From NCBI GenBank assembly GCA_963792415.1, contig CAWBVY010000006.1, positions 128,001 to 192,000 of the forward strand: a DNA stretch of 64,000 nucleotides, given 5' to 3'. The stretch comes from Candidatus Deferrimicrobiaceae bacterium. Its GTDB lineage: Bacteria > Desulfobacterota > Deferrimicrobia > Deferrimicrobiales > Deferrimicrobiaceae. Below the pieces are notes generated by a model. The model saw nothing but the letters and a program-made list of their open reading frames with translations, made no database searches and was not told the origin of the DNA. The translations under genes were made by a program, and so were the position numbers. Position 1 is the stretch's first letter. Every line of letters begins with the position of its first letter. Shown here one piece after another: positions 1-9,868 of the stretch.

Positions 1-1003
1 TGTCCGCGTTCAGATCCATGCCGAGCGCTTCCAGCACGTCCGCGCTTCCGGAGCGGCTGGTCACGGACCGGTTCCCGTGCTTCGCAACGGTGACTCCGCT
101 TCCCGCGGCGACGAACGCCACGGTGGTGGATATGTTGAACGTTCCGGCGCGATCCCCTCCCGTTCCGCACGTGTCGAGGACCTCTTTCCCCGCAGGAGGG
201 ACGATGCGGATCGCCTTCTGCCGCATCACTTCGGCGGCAGCGGCGATTTCCGTGATCGTCTCCCCCTTCATGGAAAGACAGGAGAGGAACGAGGCGATCT
301 GGGCGGGGGAAGCTTCGCCGCCCATGATCATCCGCATCGCGTCCCGCATCCCGTCGGCGGACAGGTTCCTGCGCCCCGAGACGGCGGCGATCGCCTCCTG
401 GATGTTCCCGAACTCCCGCAGAACGGGTTGGGACGGGTCGATCAGGGAAAGAAAATTCTCGAGGAGACGCATCCCCGACGGGGTAAGGATCGACTCCGGG
501 TGAAACTGCACGCCGAAGACCGGTTTTTCGAGGTGTCGCACCCCCATCACCTCGCCGTCCTCGGCCTCGGCGCAAACCTCCAGTTCCGTTGGAAGGGTCC
601 CGCGCTCCACCGCGAGGGAATGGTACCGCGTGGCGGTCATCGGGTTCTCGACCATCGAGAAGATCCCCTTGCCGTTGTGCAGGACGCGGGAGGTCTTGCC
701 GTGCATGAGCGCCTGGGCGTGGACGATCCGTCCCCCGAACGCCTGCCCTACGCACTGATGACCCAGGCAGACCCCGAGTATGGGGATCCGGTCCTCGAAC
801 TCCCTGATCGCGTCGAGAGAGATCCCGGCATCGTCCGGTCCGCCCGGCCCCGGTGAGATCACCAGGCCCGTGGGGTTCCGGAGCGCCAGTTCCTTCACCG
901 TGATCGCGTCGTTGCGGAACACCGACACCTCGGCGCCGAGTTCGCAGAAATATTGCACGAGGTTCCAGGTGAACGAATCGTAATTATCGATGACGGCGAT
1001 CAT
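1..1003 (-). CDS. trpGD: Bifunctional anthranilate synthase component II / anthranilate phosphoribosyltransferase (TrpG-TrpD fusion), truncated at window edge
   Basis: Manual translation from ATG 1003: [15 protein letters not shown]...[11 protein letters not shown] (TrpG) continues in frame into IQEAIAAV...DTCGTGGD...FNISTT...[21 protein letters not shown] (TrpD). ATGA overlap with the trpE stop. Absent from the ORF track because there is no stop in the window. Confidence 0.93.
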   Translation of the reverse strand, partial: MIAVIDNYDSFTWNLVQYFCELGAEVSVFRNDAITVKELALRNPTGLVISPGPGGPDDAGISLDAIREFEDRIPILGVCLGHQCVGQAFGGRIVHAQALMHGKTSRVLHNGKGIFSMVENPMTATRYHSLAVERGTLPTELEVCAEAEDGEVMGVRHLEKPVFGVQFHPESILTPSGMRLLENFLSLIDPSQPVLREFGNIQEAIAAVSGRRNLSADGMRDAMRMIMGGEASPAQIASFLSCLSMKGETITEIAAAAEVMRQKAIRIVPPAGKEVLDTCGTGGDRAGTFNISTTVAFVAAGSGVTVAKHGNRSVTSRSGSADVLEALGMDLNAD

Positions 1004-2490
1004 GGCGCCTCCAGCGTTTCCATAGAAACGCCGACGGCGCGGAAGAGGATCTTCGCCTTGCTCAGAATCTCGTCCCACTCCCGGGCGGGATCCGAATCCG
1101 CGACGATTCCGGCCCCCGCCTGGATCTTCGCCTCCCCCCCAGACATCACGATGGTTCGAATCGCGATGCAGAAGTCCATGCTGCCCTGCAGGTCGAAATA
1201 TCCGACCGCCCCCGCGTAGATCCCCCGGCGGAACGGTTCGAGATCGGAGATGATCTGCATCGCCCGGACCTTCGGGGCGCCCGAGACCGTCCCCGCGGGA
1301 AACGCCGCGCGGAGCACGTCGAACGCGGTGAGCCCCTCGCGAAGCTTCCCGACCACGTTCGACACGATGTGCATGACGTGCGAGTACCGCTCGATCCCCA
1401 TCAGTTCGTTGGCTTTCACGGATCCCCACGCGGCGACGCGGCCCACGTCGTTGCGTCCGAGATCCACGAGCATCACGTGCTCCGCGAGCTCCTTCGGGTC
1501 CGACAGAAGCTCCGCCTCCAGCCGGCGGTCCTCCGAGGGGGTGGCGCCCCGGGGTCGCGTCCCCGCGATGGGGCGGAGCTGAATCTCGTCCCCCTCCAGC
1601 CGCACGAGGATTTCCGGCGAGGATCCGACGATCGACAGGTCCCCCATCCTCAGGAGGTACATGTAGGGGGAGGGATTGATGGCCCGAAGAACGCGGTACA
1701 CCTCGGCGGGAGTCCGCCGCGTGCGCACGGTCGCCCGGTTGGAGAGAACCGTCTGGATGATGTCGCCGTTCCGGATGTGCTCCTTGGCTTTGCGCACCGC
1801 GTCAAGGAAGGTCGGGCGGGACATCTCGAATGCGGGGGCCTCCCCCACGTCGTCCCCGTCCGGCACTTCGGATCCTTCGAGCGGAACGCGGAGGATCTCC
1901 CGAATTTCCTCGATGGCCTCCAGCGCTCTCGCGTAGGCGGTGCCCGGGTCCTGCCCCGCGCTGACCGAACCGTGAGCGACGATGAGGATCGTGTGCCGGA
2001 CGTTGTCGAAGATCAGGAGCCGGGACGGAAAGAGAAACATCGCGTCGGGTGCGTCGGTCAAGGGCCGTTCCCCCCCGACCTTCTCGAGATACCGGACGTA
2101 GTCGTATCCGATGTAACCGACCGCGCCCCCCGAAAGCCTGGGGAGTCCCGGCGCCGGACGGTACCGAATGTCCTTCAGGATCCCCGCGAGCGCGTCAAGC
2201 GGATCCCCCGTGACGGGAAGGTCCCGCGTCTCCCCACCCTGTCGGACCGTGATTCCACTTTCGTCGGCGCGAAACCGGAGATGCGGGTCGAATCCGATGA
2301 AGGAGTACCGGGCCCATTTTTCCCCCCCCTCGACGCTCTCCAGCAGGAAGTGGTCGGTCGGAAAACGGGCCGAAATCTTCAGGTAGGCGGAGACCGGGGT
2401 CTCGAGGTCGGCGTGGAATTCGCGGAAGACGGGAATCAGCGCTCCTGCCGAAGCCTGCCGGAGAAATTGCGCCTTGTCGGGGACGATCAC
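1000..2490 (-). CDS. trpE: Anthranilate synthase component I
   Basis: [40 protein letters not shown] and [10 protein letters not shown] motifs. Confidence 0.96.
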   Translation of the reverse strand: MIVPDKAQFLRQASAGALIPVFREFHADLETPVSAYLKISARFPTDHFLLESVEGGEKWARYSFIGFDPHLRFRADESGITVRQGGETRDLPVTGDPLDALAGILKDIRYRPAPGLPRLSGGAVGYIGYDYVRYLEKVGGERPLTDAPDAMFLFPSRLLIFDNVRHTILIVAHGSVSAGQDPGTAYARALEAIEEIREILRVPLEGSEVPDGDDVGEAPAFEMSRPTFLDAVRKAKEHIRNGDIIQTVLSNRATVRTRRTPAEVYRVLRAINPSPYMYLLRMGDLSIVGSSPEILVRLEGDEIQLRPIAGTRPRGATPSEDRRLEAELLSDPKELAEHVMLVDLGRNDVGRVAAWGSVKANELMGIERYSHVMHIVSNVVGKLREGLTAFDVLRAAFPAGTVSGAPKVRAMQIISDLEPFRRGIYAGAVGYFDLQGSMDFCIAIRTIVMSGGEAKIQAGAGIVADSDPAREWDEILSKAKILFRAVGVSMETLEAP

Positions 2491-2499
2491 GGCGTCACC

Positions 2500-3192
2500 T
2501 CACACCTTCAACAGGATAACGTCGATCTTCATCTCGGTTCGTATCGCTTTCATCGCCTTCATGGCCTCGTCACGGGATCCGAACGGCCCCACGCGAACCC
2601 GGTACACCTCCCCGAGCGTCCGGGTCGTCGCGTGAATCACCTTCGCCTTGTATCCGTTCGATTCGAGGCGCCTCCGCAAAGCGTCGGCGGATTCGCGCGA
2701 TTTCATCGCCCCCGCCTGCAGCATGAATTTTGCCTCCCCGGATGGGGAGGAAACCTTCGCCTTCTCTTTTTCCTTCTCTTTCTCCTTCCCCTTCTTCTTC
2801 CCCATCGGCTCCGGAGAAGGATCCTTCCGGGAGAGCGATTCGGGGAAGGTGGCCTCGGACTCCGTCTTCTTTAGATCTTCCCTCGCGGTAGGGGGGATCG
2901 CCCCGGGAGGGGGCACCCCCGGGATCTTCGACGCCTCCTCCGAAAACGCCGACATATCCTTCCGGATCTCCGCGGAGGTGGTGGTCCGCGCCCCGTTCTC
3001 GGCGGTGGGGGCCGGGAAAACGAATTTCCCCGCCGCCTCCTTCACCGCGCTCTTCTCGACGTATCTCCCCAGCTGGAACCCGAGAAAAAAGGCGAAGGCG
3101 ATGACGACGAGGGTGCCGACGACGAAGAAGGCGAAGGAGTGCCGGTCGGGATCCCCGCGTCGATACCGAAGTTTGTGGCGGAGCGATTTCAC
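2500..3192 (-). CDS. SPOR-domain cell division protein (FtsN/DedD-like)
   Basis: N-terminal TM segment, low-complexity linker, C-terminal SPOR (FMLQAGAM...YRVRVGPF). Start moved to GTG 3192, which overlaps the argS stop. Confidence 0.85.
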   Translation of the reverse strand: MKSLRHKLRYRRGDPDRHSFAFFVVGTLVVIAFAFFLGFQLGRYVEKSAVKEAAGKFVFPAPTAENGARTTTSAEIRKDMSAFSEEASKIPGVPPPGAIPPTAREDLKKTESEATFPESLSRKDPSPEPMGKKKGKEKEKEKEKAKVSSPSGEAKFMLQAGAMKSRESADALRRRLESNGYKAKVIHATTRTLGEVYRVRVGPFGSRDEAMKAMKAIRTEMKIDVILLKV

Positions 3193-4853
3193 ATCCGGTC
3201 CGGAGCCGTCACGCCGATCAGCGAAAGCCCGGACGCGACCACCGTTTTCACGCCAAGCGCGAGTGCGAGACGGGCCTGCGTCCGCTCGGGAGATTCCCCG
3301 AGGAACCGGTGCTGATGGTAGAAGGCGTGGAAGAGATCCGCAACCTCCACGAGATAAAAGGGAACCCGATGGGGCTCCAGCGTCTTCGCGCACTCCGAGA
3401 CGACGTCGGGAAAGCGGGCGACCGCCTTCATCAGCCGCACTTCCTCGGGGAAGGTGAGCAGGGAAAGGGGTGGGTGTCCGGCGAGCGTCCTGCCCTGGGC
3501 TTCCGCCTCGCGGAACACGGAGCAGATCCGGGCGTGCACGTACTGGATGTAATACACCGGGTTGTTTCGCGACTGTGTCTTCGCGAGGGTGAGATCGAAG
3601 TCCAGGTGGGTGTGGAAGCTGCGCAGCAGGTAGAAAAACCGCGCGGCATCGACCCCCACCTCGTCGAGGACCTCCCGGAGCGTCGTGAAATCCCCCGACC
3701 GGGTCGACATCTGGACGGCCTTTCCCTCCCGGATCAAGGTCACGAACTGGACGAGAAGCACCTCCAGGCGGTTCTCGTCCTCCCCGAGCCCCCGAAGCGC
3801 CGCGCGCAGTCTCGGCACGTACCCGTGATGGTCGGCCCCCCAGATGTCGATCATCCGGGAGAACCCGTCCCGCAGCTTGTGCCGGTGATACGCGACGTCC
3901 GCCGCGAAATAGGTGGTTCGCCCGTCCGCGCGAACCAGGACGCGGTCCTTCTCGTCCCCAAGCGCCTGGCTGCGGAAGTAGGTCGCCCCATCGGCCTCAT
4001 AGAGCTGTCCGCGTTCCCGGAGATCCTCAAGGGCGGCGGCGACCAGACCCTGGTCGTGCAGTTCTTTCTCCGCAAACCACCGGTCGTACGTCACTCGGAA
4101 CGAGGCGAGGTCGTCGCGGATCCCGCGAAGGATGCGATCACCGGCCTCCTTCCGGAAGACGGGAAGCGTCTCCTCCTCCGGCGAGTCGGCGTACCGGTCC
4201 CCCACTTCCTCGCGAAAGTCCCGCGCGAGTTCGATCAGGTACTCCCCGCGATACCCATCCTCTGGGAGTTCTTCGGTCCGTCCGCACAGAACACGGTATC
4301 TCGCGAAGAGCGAGCGCCCCAGGTTGTCCATCTGGGTGCCGACGTCGTTGATGTAATATTCGCGGACGACCTTGTGGCCGGTGAACTCGAGGATCCGGGC
4401 AAGGGCGTCGCCGACGGCGGCGCCGCGGCCGTGACCGACGTGAAGCGGGCCGGTCGGGTTGGCCGACACGAACTCGAGGTGGACGGTCTTTCCCTCCCCG
4501 ATCTTCGAGGCGCCGAACCGGGGCCCCTTTTCCAGGGCGACCGTCAGGACTTCCCTCCAGAACTCCTCGGAGAGGACGATGTTGATGAACCCCGGGCCGG
4601 CGATCGAAAGGGACGCGAAGCGGCCCCGCCGGTCCTCCTCGCGGAGCGCCGAAACGATTTCCTCCGCCACCGCCCGCGGTTTTCTCCCGAGACGCCTGGC
4701 GAGCTGCATCGCCGCGTTTGTGGAGAAATCCCCGTGCGATTCCTGGCGGGGGATCTCGAGAGCGACGGGAAGCTCCGCGTCCTCCCCCCATTCCGCAACC
4801 TTTTTCCGGACCGCGGAGAAGACCAGGGATTCGACGATACGACGTGCGTCCAA
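3189..4853 (-). CDS. argS: Arginine--tRNA ligase
   Basis: EFVSANPTGPLHVGHGRGA (HIGH region), WGADHHGY, MSTRSG, C-terminal APDRM. Confidence 0.97.
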   Translation of the reverse strand: MDARRIVESLVFSAVRKKVAEWGEDAELPVALEIPRQESHGDFSTNAAMQLARRLGRKPRAVAEEIVSALREEDRRGRFASLSIAGPGFINIVLSEEFWREVLTVALEKGPRFGASKIGEGKTVHLEFVSANPTGPLHVGHGRGAAVGDALARILEFTGHKVVREYYINDVGTQMDNLGRSLFARYRVLCGRTEELPEDGYRGEYLIELARDFREEVGDRYADSPEEETLPVFRKEAGDRILRGIRDDLASFRVTYDRWFAEKELHDQGLVAAALEDLRERGQLYEADGATYFRSQALGDEKDRVLVRADGRTTYFAADVAYHRHKLRDGFSRMIDIWGADHHGYVPRLRAALRGLGEDENRLEVLLVQFVTLIREGKAVQMSTRSGDFTTLREVLDEVGVDAARFFYLLRSFHTHLDFDLTLAKTQSRNNPVYYIQYVHARICSVFREAEAQGRTLAGHPPLSLLTFPEEVRLMKAVARFPDVVSECAKTLEPHRVPFYLVEVADLFHAFYHQHRFLGESPERTQARLALALGVKTVVASGLSLIGVTAPDRM

Positions 4854-4889
4854 ACGGCGCCTCGATGGGAAAATGATTGTAAAGGCTGC

Positions 4890-4918
4890 AGTTTATCCCC
4901 CCCGACGGGGGGTGTCAA
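4890..4918 (-). promoter_or_regulatory. sigma70 promoter of argS
   Basis: TTGACA-N17-TAAACT on the minus strand, about 35 nt upstream of argS. Confidence 0.65.
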
Positions 4919-4935
4919 CGCGCCGGGTCGATGCT

Positions 4936-7098
4936 TCAGCCGGGGTAGACCGTCACCCGGTCGCGGCCGCGCTGCTTGGAGAGGTAAAGGGCCTCGTCGG
5001 CGTGCTTCAGGAGCTCCTCCACTCCGGTCCCGTGATGGGGGGCGCACGCGACGCCGAAGGAGGCCGTGAGGGTGAACTCCTTTCCTTTATGGGCGAAACG
5101 GATCTGCCGGATCTTCCGTCGAAACCGCTCGGCGCCCTCCCGGGCCTGCTCGGGGTCCGCCATGTGGAGGTAGAGCACGAACTCCTCCCCTCCGTATCGC
5201 CCGGCCGTGTCCCCCTTGCGGACTCCCTTGGAGAGTACCGACGCCACGTCCCGCAGCACCACGTCGCCGAACGGGTGCCCGTAGGTGTCGTTGACCCGCT
5301 TGAAGTGGTCGATGTCCAGAATCACGACGCCGCACGGATGCCTTCCGTCCAGCCGCGCGAGGTCCACCTCCAGCCGCTCGAGAAACGCCCTCCGGTTCGA
5401 CAGTCCGGTCAAACCGTCCGTCGTCGCCTTTTTCGTGAGCGACTCGAGCCGTTCGACGTGGGAAAGCCCGAGCTGCATCACCGTCGTGATATCCCGCGCG
5501 ATCTCCACGTGCTGTTTCCGGAATCGTTTCTCCTGCGAGTGGGCACAGACCAGGGCGCCCCGGAACCCAACCCTCCCCTTCACCGGGAGGACCAGGAACG
5601 ACTGCTCCCCATCCCTCTCCCACGATCCCGGAAGGATTCCCTGTGCCCGTGGGGGGGCGGCGGTACCCGGAAACAGGCGCTGCGTTCCGGTGCGGATCAC
5701 CCACCCGACGTAACTGTCCCCGATAGGTTCGTACCTCTCCGGACCCGGCCCGCTTCCCTCCGGCGACGTCGCCCAGGCGACGCGACCGCTCCCCGGGCCT
5801 TGCCCGGATTCGACAAGGAGGACCCGGTCCGCGTCCACCTGGCGGCGGACCTGTTCCGCGGTCTCCGCGTAGACCATCTCCCGCCTCGAACGCACGCCGC
5901 TACCCGCCTCCGGATCCTCTTCCGTCCCCACCTCCGCCATCTTCCGGACCATGCTGTGATACCACTTCCCTCGGAGGTAGTATCGGTCCCCCTGATGCAA
6001 TGCCCGCATCCGATCGATATCGCGCCCGACGAAATGACCCGCAATCTCCATCGCCGGGATCACGGGATCCCGCCACGGGCCCTCCTCGTCGCGGAACGCG
6101 AGAAAAACGCCTTCCACAACCCCCTCCCTGAAGACCGGGACGGCGGCGACGCCGGCAGGGGCGCTCCCGGGACCGCTTTTCCAGGGGGCGTATCGCCTCG
6201 CACCTGGCCCGACCTCGAGAAACGGTTTTCCGAACACGGTAGCCTCCCGAGCGGGGACGTACGTGTCGGGAAGGGAGATCTCCCGGGAGACCGGCGCGTC
6301 GCGGCTCAGCAAGATCCCGTCGTAGAGGGCGGATCCGGGGGATACGGACCGGGCAATGTAGGCGACATGGGAAGCGCCGGTCAGCCCCAACAGGCGATCC
6401 AGCGCCTGCCGGATCCCGTCCTTCCATTCCTCTTCCCTCCGGAGCAGGCTCGATTCCTCGGTCATCTCCCCGTCTGCCGGAAGACCGTCTTTTCCCGAAT
6501 CCTCCCAGGGAAGTACCAATGTCCGGCTCCGGGCGATCGCATCCCGAACACCGTTCACCTCCCGGCCGGCGCTCCGATCCCTTATGCGGACGGCGATGCC
6601 CGCCCCCCCCGCCATCAACGCCATCGGGGAGATGCGGAAAATCTCTTTTTCGATCGGTCCCGGCACCGCGGCCAGCCAGGCGCAGGCGCACAGGATCGCC
6701 GGAACGGAGAGCGACGGGGGGAACTTCAAGGCCAGTCCGAAAAAGAGAGCCGCCGGGACGACGCCGGTCCGGGCGACCGACGGAACGAACGCGTGGATCT
6801 CCATGGCCGCGACGGCACCCCAGAGGAAAAGGGGAAGCAGGTCGGGGACGCGGTCGTCCCGGTTTCGATCCAGAAGATACGCGACGAAGAGGTACGCGGT
6901 CGCGATCGGTCCGATCGCAGCGAAAAGGAGGAAAGGAACCCCACCCGGGATCCGCTCCCGAAGAAGGAAAAGGGCAAGGAGGTACGCCGGCGCGGAAAGC
7001 CCAGCTGCGTATCGAAAGCGCTTCAATGCGTCACGACGCTCTAAGTGCTTCAATTCATGATGCGGCAACGTACCGGGAAGACACCACGGAAGTCGCAC
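4936..7098 (-). CDS. Membrane-bound diguanylate cyclase (TM helices, GAF-like region, GGDEF)
   Basis: Hydrophobic N-terminus; DGLTGLSNRR, DIDHFKRVNDTYGH, RKGD I-site (RxxD) and GGEEF. Start codon uncertain. Confidence 0.9.
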   Translation of the reverse strand: MRLPWCLPGTLPHHELKHLERRDALKRFRYAAGLSAPAYLLALFLLRERIPGGVPFLLFAAIGPIATAYLFVAYLLDRNRDDRVPDLLPLFLWGAVAAMEIHAFVPSVARTGVVPAALFFGLALKFPPSLSVPAILCACAWLAAVPGPIEKEIFRISPMALMAGGAGIAVRIRDRSAGREVNGVRDAIARSRTLVLPWEDSGKDGLPADGEMTEESSLLRREEEWKDGIRQALDRLLGLTGASHVAYIARSVSPGSALYDGILLSRDAPVSREISLPDTYVPAREATVFGKPFLEVGPGARRYAPWKSGPGSAPAGVAAVPVFREGVVEGVFLAFRDEEGPWRDPVIPAMEIAGHFVGRDIDRMRALHQGDRYYLRGKWYHSMVRKMAEVGTEEDPEAGSGVRSRREMVYAETAEQVRRQVDADRVLLVESGQGPGSGRVAWATSPEGSGPGPERYEPIGDSYVGWVIRTGTQRLFPGTAAPPRAQGILPGSWERDGEQSFLVLPVKGRVGFRGALVCAHSQEKRFRKQHVEIARDITTVMQLGLSHVERLESLTKKATTDGLTGLSNRRAFLERLEVDLARLDGRHPCGVVILDIDHFKRVNDTYGHPFGDVVLRDVASVLSKGVRKGDTAGRYGGEEFVLYLHMADPEQAREGAERFRRKIRQIRFAHKGKEFTLTASFGVACAPHHGTGVEELLKHADEALYLSKQRGRDRVTVYPG

Positions 7099-7353
7099 TC
7101 AACAGAAGGGCCCGGCGGAGTCGCCGCAGGAGGGAGGGGAACGGTGCCGGGGCGGATGCAGCGGGCCTCGAATGCCGGGATCTGAGGGAATGGAGCCCTG
7201 AAGGCCGGTGCGCAGCCGAGCTGGTTCATCGCACGGCGAGCCACGAACGGAACTTCGCCCTCCGAGGCAGCGCAGCCCGGAGTGGAGTCCGGCAGGAGCA
7301 GCGCCTTCCGGGACCGCTCCTTGGATTCGTTGCCGAATTCATGAAATGTGCCA

Positions 7354-7734
7354 CTAAGGACGTTTTGCCCCGGGTTTGGGGGGGACTTGCGGACGGGTTT
7401 CCTGCCGCCCGGGAACCACGATGATGTTCTCCCCCTCCTTGATGAGGCCGAGCCGGCGGGCCTCCTGCTCGATGACCGCCGGGTTGCCGCGCAGATCCTC
7501 GACCGTGCGCTTGAGCAGCGCGTTCTCCTGTCGAAGCTTTTCGACCTCCACTTGAAGCTGGCGCTCCGTATTGCGGAGCCTCCAGCTGTCCACGATCCCC
7601 ATGTCGCGAAAGAGCGAGATGAAGATCGCCGCGATCACCAGGGCCGCCGCGATGAACAGCGGCAGTCGGCGCTTTTTCCGGTTCGGATCCTTCAGGGGGA
7701 TCGTCATGTCGGTCAGTCTTTTGTTTTGTCTCAT
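7354..7734 (-). CDS. ftsB: Septum formation initiator (FtsB/DivIC family)
   Basis: Single TM, coiled coil, IEQEARRLGLIKEGE motif. Start may be ATG 7707. Confidence 0.85.
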   Translation of the reverse strand: MRQNKRLTDMTIPLKDPNRKKRRLPLFIAAALVIAAIFISLFRDMGIVDSWRLRNTERQLQVEVEKLRQENALLKRTVEDLRGNPAVIEQEARRLGLIKEGENIIVVPGRQETRPQVPPKPGAKRP

Positions 7735-7779
7735 GGTCCGTGGAACATCATATCCGAAAAACCCGTTTCCGTTCGACGG

Positions 7780-9045
7780 TCAAAAATTCACGGCGACGGT
7801 GCCTCCCGAGGAACTGCCGCTCCCGCTGCCGCTTCCGCCGCCACCACCACCCGCCCCGAACGCGGCTGCCACTCCGACAACCAGGGCAACCCCCCAGAAC
7901 CACCGGCTTTTGTACCAAGGTCTCTCCGGTGGTTCCACTCTGGGCCACCCGTTCGCGGCGAGGGTGTCGGCGACCCACTTCCCGGAGATCTCCGCCCCCT
8001 CTTTCCCCCCGGGGAGGGACGTCTCCCCGAGGAGGGCCGGATCAAGGCCCGCCGGCCTTCCGACGTAGAGCCGTGCGCGCAGCCCTCCGACGGTCACCCC
8101 CTTTTCGAGCATCAGGATCGCGATCCGCGGGGTCCCGGCCGCGTCGGAGAGCTCCTCTACCAGGGGACCCGCGCCTCCGCCTTTTCCAGGCCCGGCGTCG
8201 GCAAGAAGTTCGCCGAGGCGAGCCACCCGATCCCCCGGAAGGGAGAAGCGCAATATCTCCGTGTCCCCCGGAAGCCATTGACCGGTCGTTTCGGCATCCT
8301 TGTATCCCGGATGGGAGACACGGATCCGTACCGGCGCGATTTTTTTCGTTCGAACCCGTGCCGGGGTGGTTCCACGACGCTCTTCATCGACGAAGATCTG
8401 CGCACCGGAGGGGAGCGACTCGACCAGGAGTTCCGCCTCGGGCACGGGGCGGTGCCCTGTCGCATCCCACGCGGACAGTACCTGGGGGGAAAACAGGGCG
8501 GGGTCCGGGGTGAAGCCCGGACGCAAGGCCCGAACGCGGGAAAAGAGCGCCTCGGCGTCGGATGCCTTCCCCTCCCAGAGACGGAGGATCCCCAACCGGA
8601 GAAAGATCTCCGCGAGGAAGGGGCGTGTCGCCTCCGTGAACCGGTACGAACGGCACTCCTTTTCAACCTCCTCGAGAACACGTTCCGCAGCGGCGTTCTC
8701 GACCCGCTCCATCATTTCGGAGGCGCGGGACACCTTCCCGGCGATCCGTCGCAGGGCCGCGTCGTCCGGAACCGGTATATCCGCTGTGGTCGAAACCTTC
8801 CCGGAAGGCTCCATCGGAACGGGGATCCACCGGATCCGGAGTTCCTTCGCGACGATCGCGGGAATCGGGTCGAGTACCTCGCGCGCCGAGCGATCGGGCA
8901 GATCCGGCGCGGCGTATTTCAGCAGGAGCGCGGGCTCCGTCGATGGGCCGGCCTCCGCGGTTGCGACCGCCGGCGCCGATGGCCAGAGCAGCGCTCCGCA
9001 CAGGAGAAGCGCGATGGCCCTACGTCGGCTTGACGTAGATCTCAT
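7780..9045 (-). CDS. Exported PEGA-domain protein with helical-repeat-like region and Trp-rich/Gly-rich C-terminus
   Basis: Signal peptide; VESLPSGAQIFVDE...GTTP...HPGYKD (PEGA); C-terminal PWYKSRWFW, hydrophobic stretch and Gly/Ser tail. Confidence 0.75.
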   Translation of the reverse strand: MRSTSSRRRAIALLLCGALLWPSAPAVATAEAGPSTEPALLLKYAAPDLPDRSAREVLDPIPAIVAKELRIRWIPVPMEPSGKVSTTADIPVPDDAALRRIAGKVSRASEMMERVENAAAERVLEEVEKECRSYRFTEATRPFLAEIFLRLGILRLWEGKASDAEALFSRVRALRPGFTPDPALFSPQVLSAWDATGHRPVPEAELLVESLPSGAQIFVDEERRGTTPARVRTKKIAPVRIRVSHPGYKDAETTGQWLPGDTEILRFSLPGDRVARLGELLADAGPGKGGGAGPLVEELSDAAGTPRIAILMLEKGVTVGGLRARLYVGRPAGLDPALLGETSLPGGKEGAEISGKWVADTLAANGWPRVEPPERPWYKSRWFWGVALVVGVAAAFGAGGGGGGSGSGSGSSSGGTVAVNF

Positions 9046-9667
9046 CCGTGATGTCCCGGTCGACTGCGACCGTCGTCTGCCCGATCTCGAGCACGAAGGA
9101 AGGGTTCCGCTGGAGAAGGCGAATCCTGCTGCCGGGAACGATCCCGAGGGCGGAGAGCTTCTCCAGGCGCTTCTTCGAACGCGGGGTGATGAAGACGATC
9201 CGCACGGTGCCCCCGAGGGACGCCTCGGTCAGTCGCATGACGAGGGGTCGGATCTCCGTCCGGATCCGGTCGCAGCACTCCCCCCTCGGGATCGGACGGC
9301 CGTGCGGGCATGCGGGGGGGTGGCCGAGAAAGGTGCACACGCTCTCGACCACGGGCTCGGAGAGGATATGCTCGAACTGGCAGGCGCTGTTTTCCAGTTG
9401 AGGGTCGTCCAGATCAAACAGATTGTGCAACAGCACCTCCGCGAGACGGTGACGCCGGATGATCCCGCGGGCGCGATCCTCCCCGCTCTTCGTGAGGAGG
9501 ATCTCTTCTCCCGAGACTTCGACCATGCGGGCCTCGACCAGCTCATCGAGCAGGCGTTCGGGGCCCGGCTCCGGAGAGGTCCGCAGCACCTCCGAGCGGC
9601 TCGCTTTCTGCGCTTCCCGAAGGGTCCAGAGAAGTTCGAGGATCTCGTCCTGGCCATGCTCGGTCAT
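9020..9667 (-). CDS. DtxR/IdeR/MntR-family metal-dependent regulator with C-terminal FeoA domain
   Basis: RRHRLAE, ACQFEH, CPHGRPIP; C-terminal KLSALGIVPGSRIRLL FeoA/SH3 domain. ATG 9667 overlaps the upstream stop. Confidence 0.9.
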   Translation of the reverse strand: MTEHGQDEILELLWTLREAQKASRSEVLRTSPEPGPERLLDELVEARMVEVSGEEILLTKSGEDRARGIIRRHRLAEVLLHNLFDLDDPQLENSACQFEHILSEPVVESVCTFLGHPPACPHGRPIPRGECCDRIRTEIRPLVMRLTEASLGGTVRIVFITPRSKKRLEKLSALGIVPGSRIRLLQRNPSFVLEIGQTTVAVDRDITDEIYVKPT

Positions 9668-9852
9668 TTCCGGATTCCTTTCGCGAAAAGGCCCTTCACG
9701 AAGTTCACCACCTTCGACTCGGGCATGGGGAAAGAGTATCCGCATCGCGGGCAACAGACAAGCGTGCATCCTTTACTCATGGGGCACCCGGAGCGGCAGG
9801 CGCGATCCGCAGGATCGATCTCGCACTGGCACAGAGGGCACCGGATCTTCAC
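9664..9852 (-). CDS. Small Cys-rich protein (62 aa) in the feoB operon
   Basis: CPLCQC-x7-CRSGC-x5-CTLVCCPRC; its stop overlaps the dtxR start and it begins 17 nt after feoB. Confidence 0.75.
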   Translation of the reverse strand: MKIRCPLCQCEIDPADRACRSGCPMSKGCTLVCCPRCGYSFPMPESKVVNFVKGLFAKGIRK

Positions 9853-9868
9853 GTCGTTCCCCCCCGGA

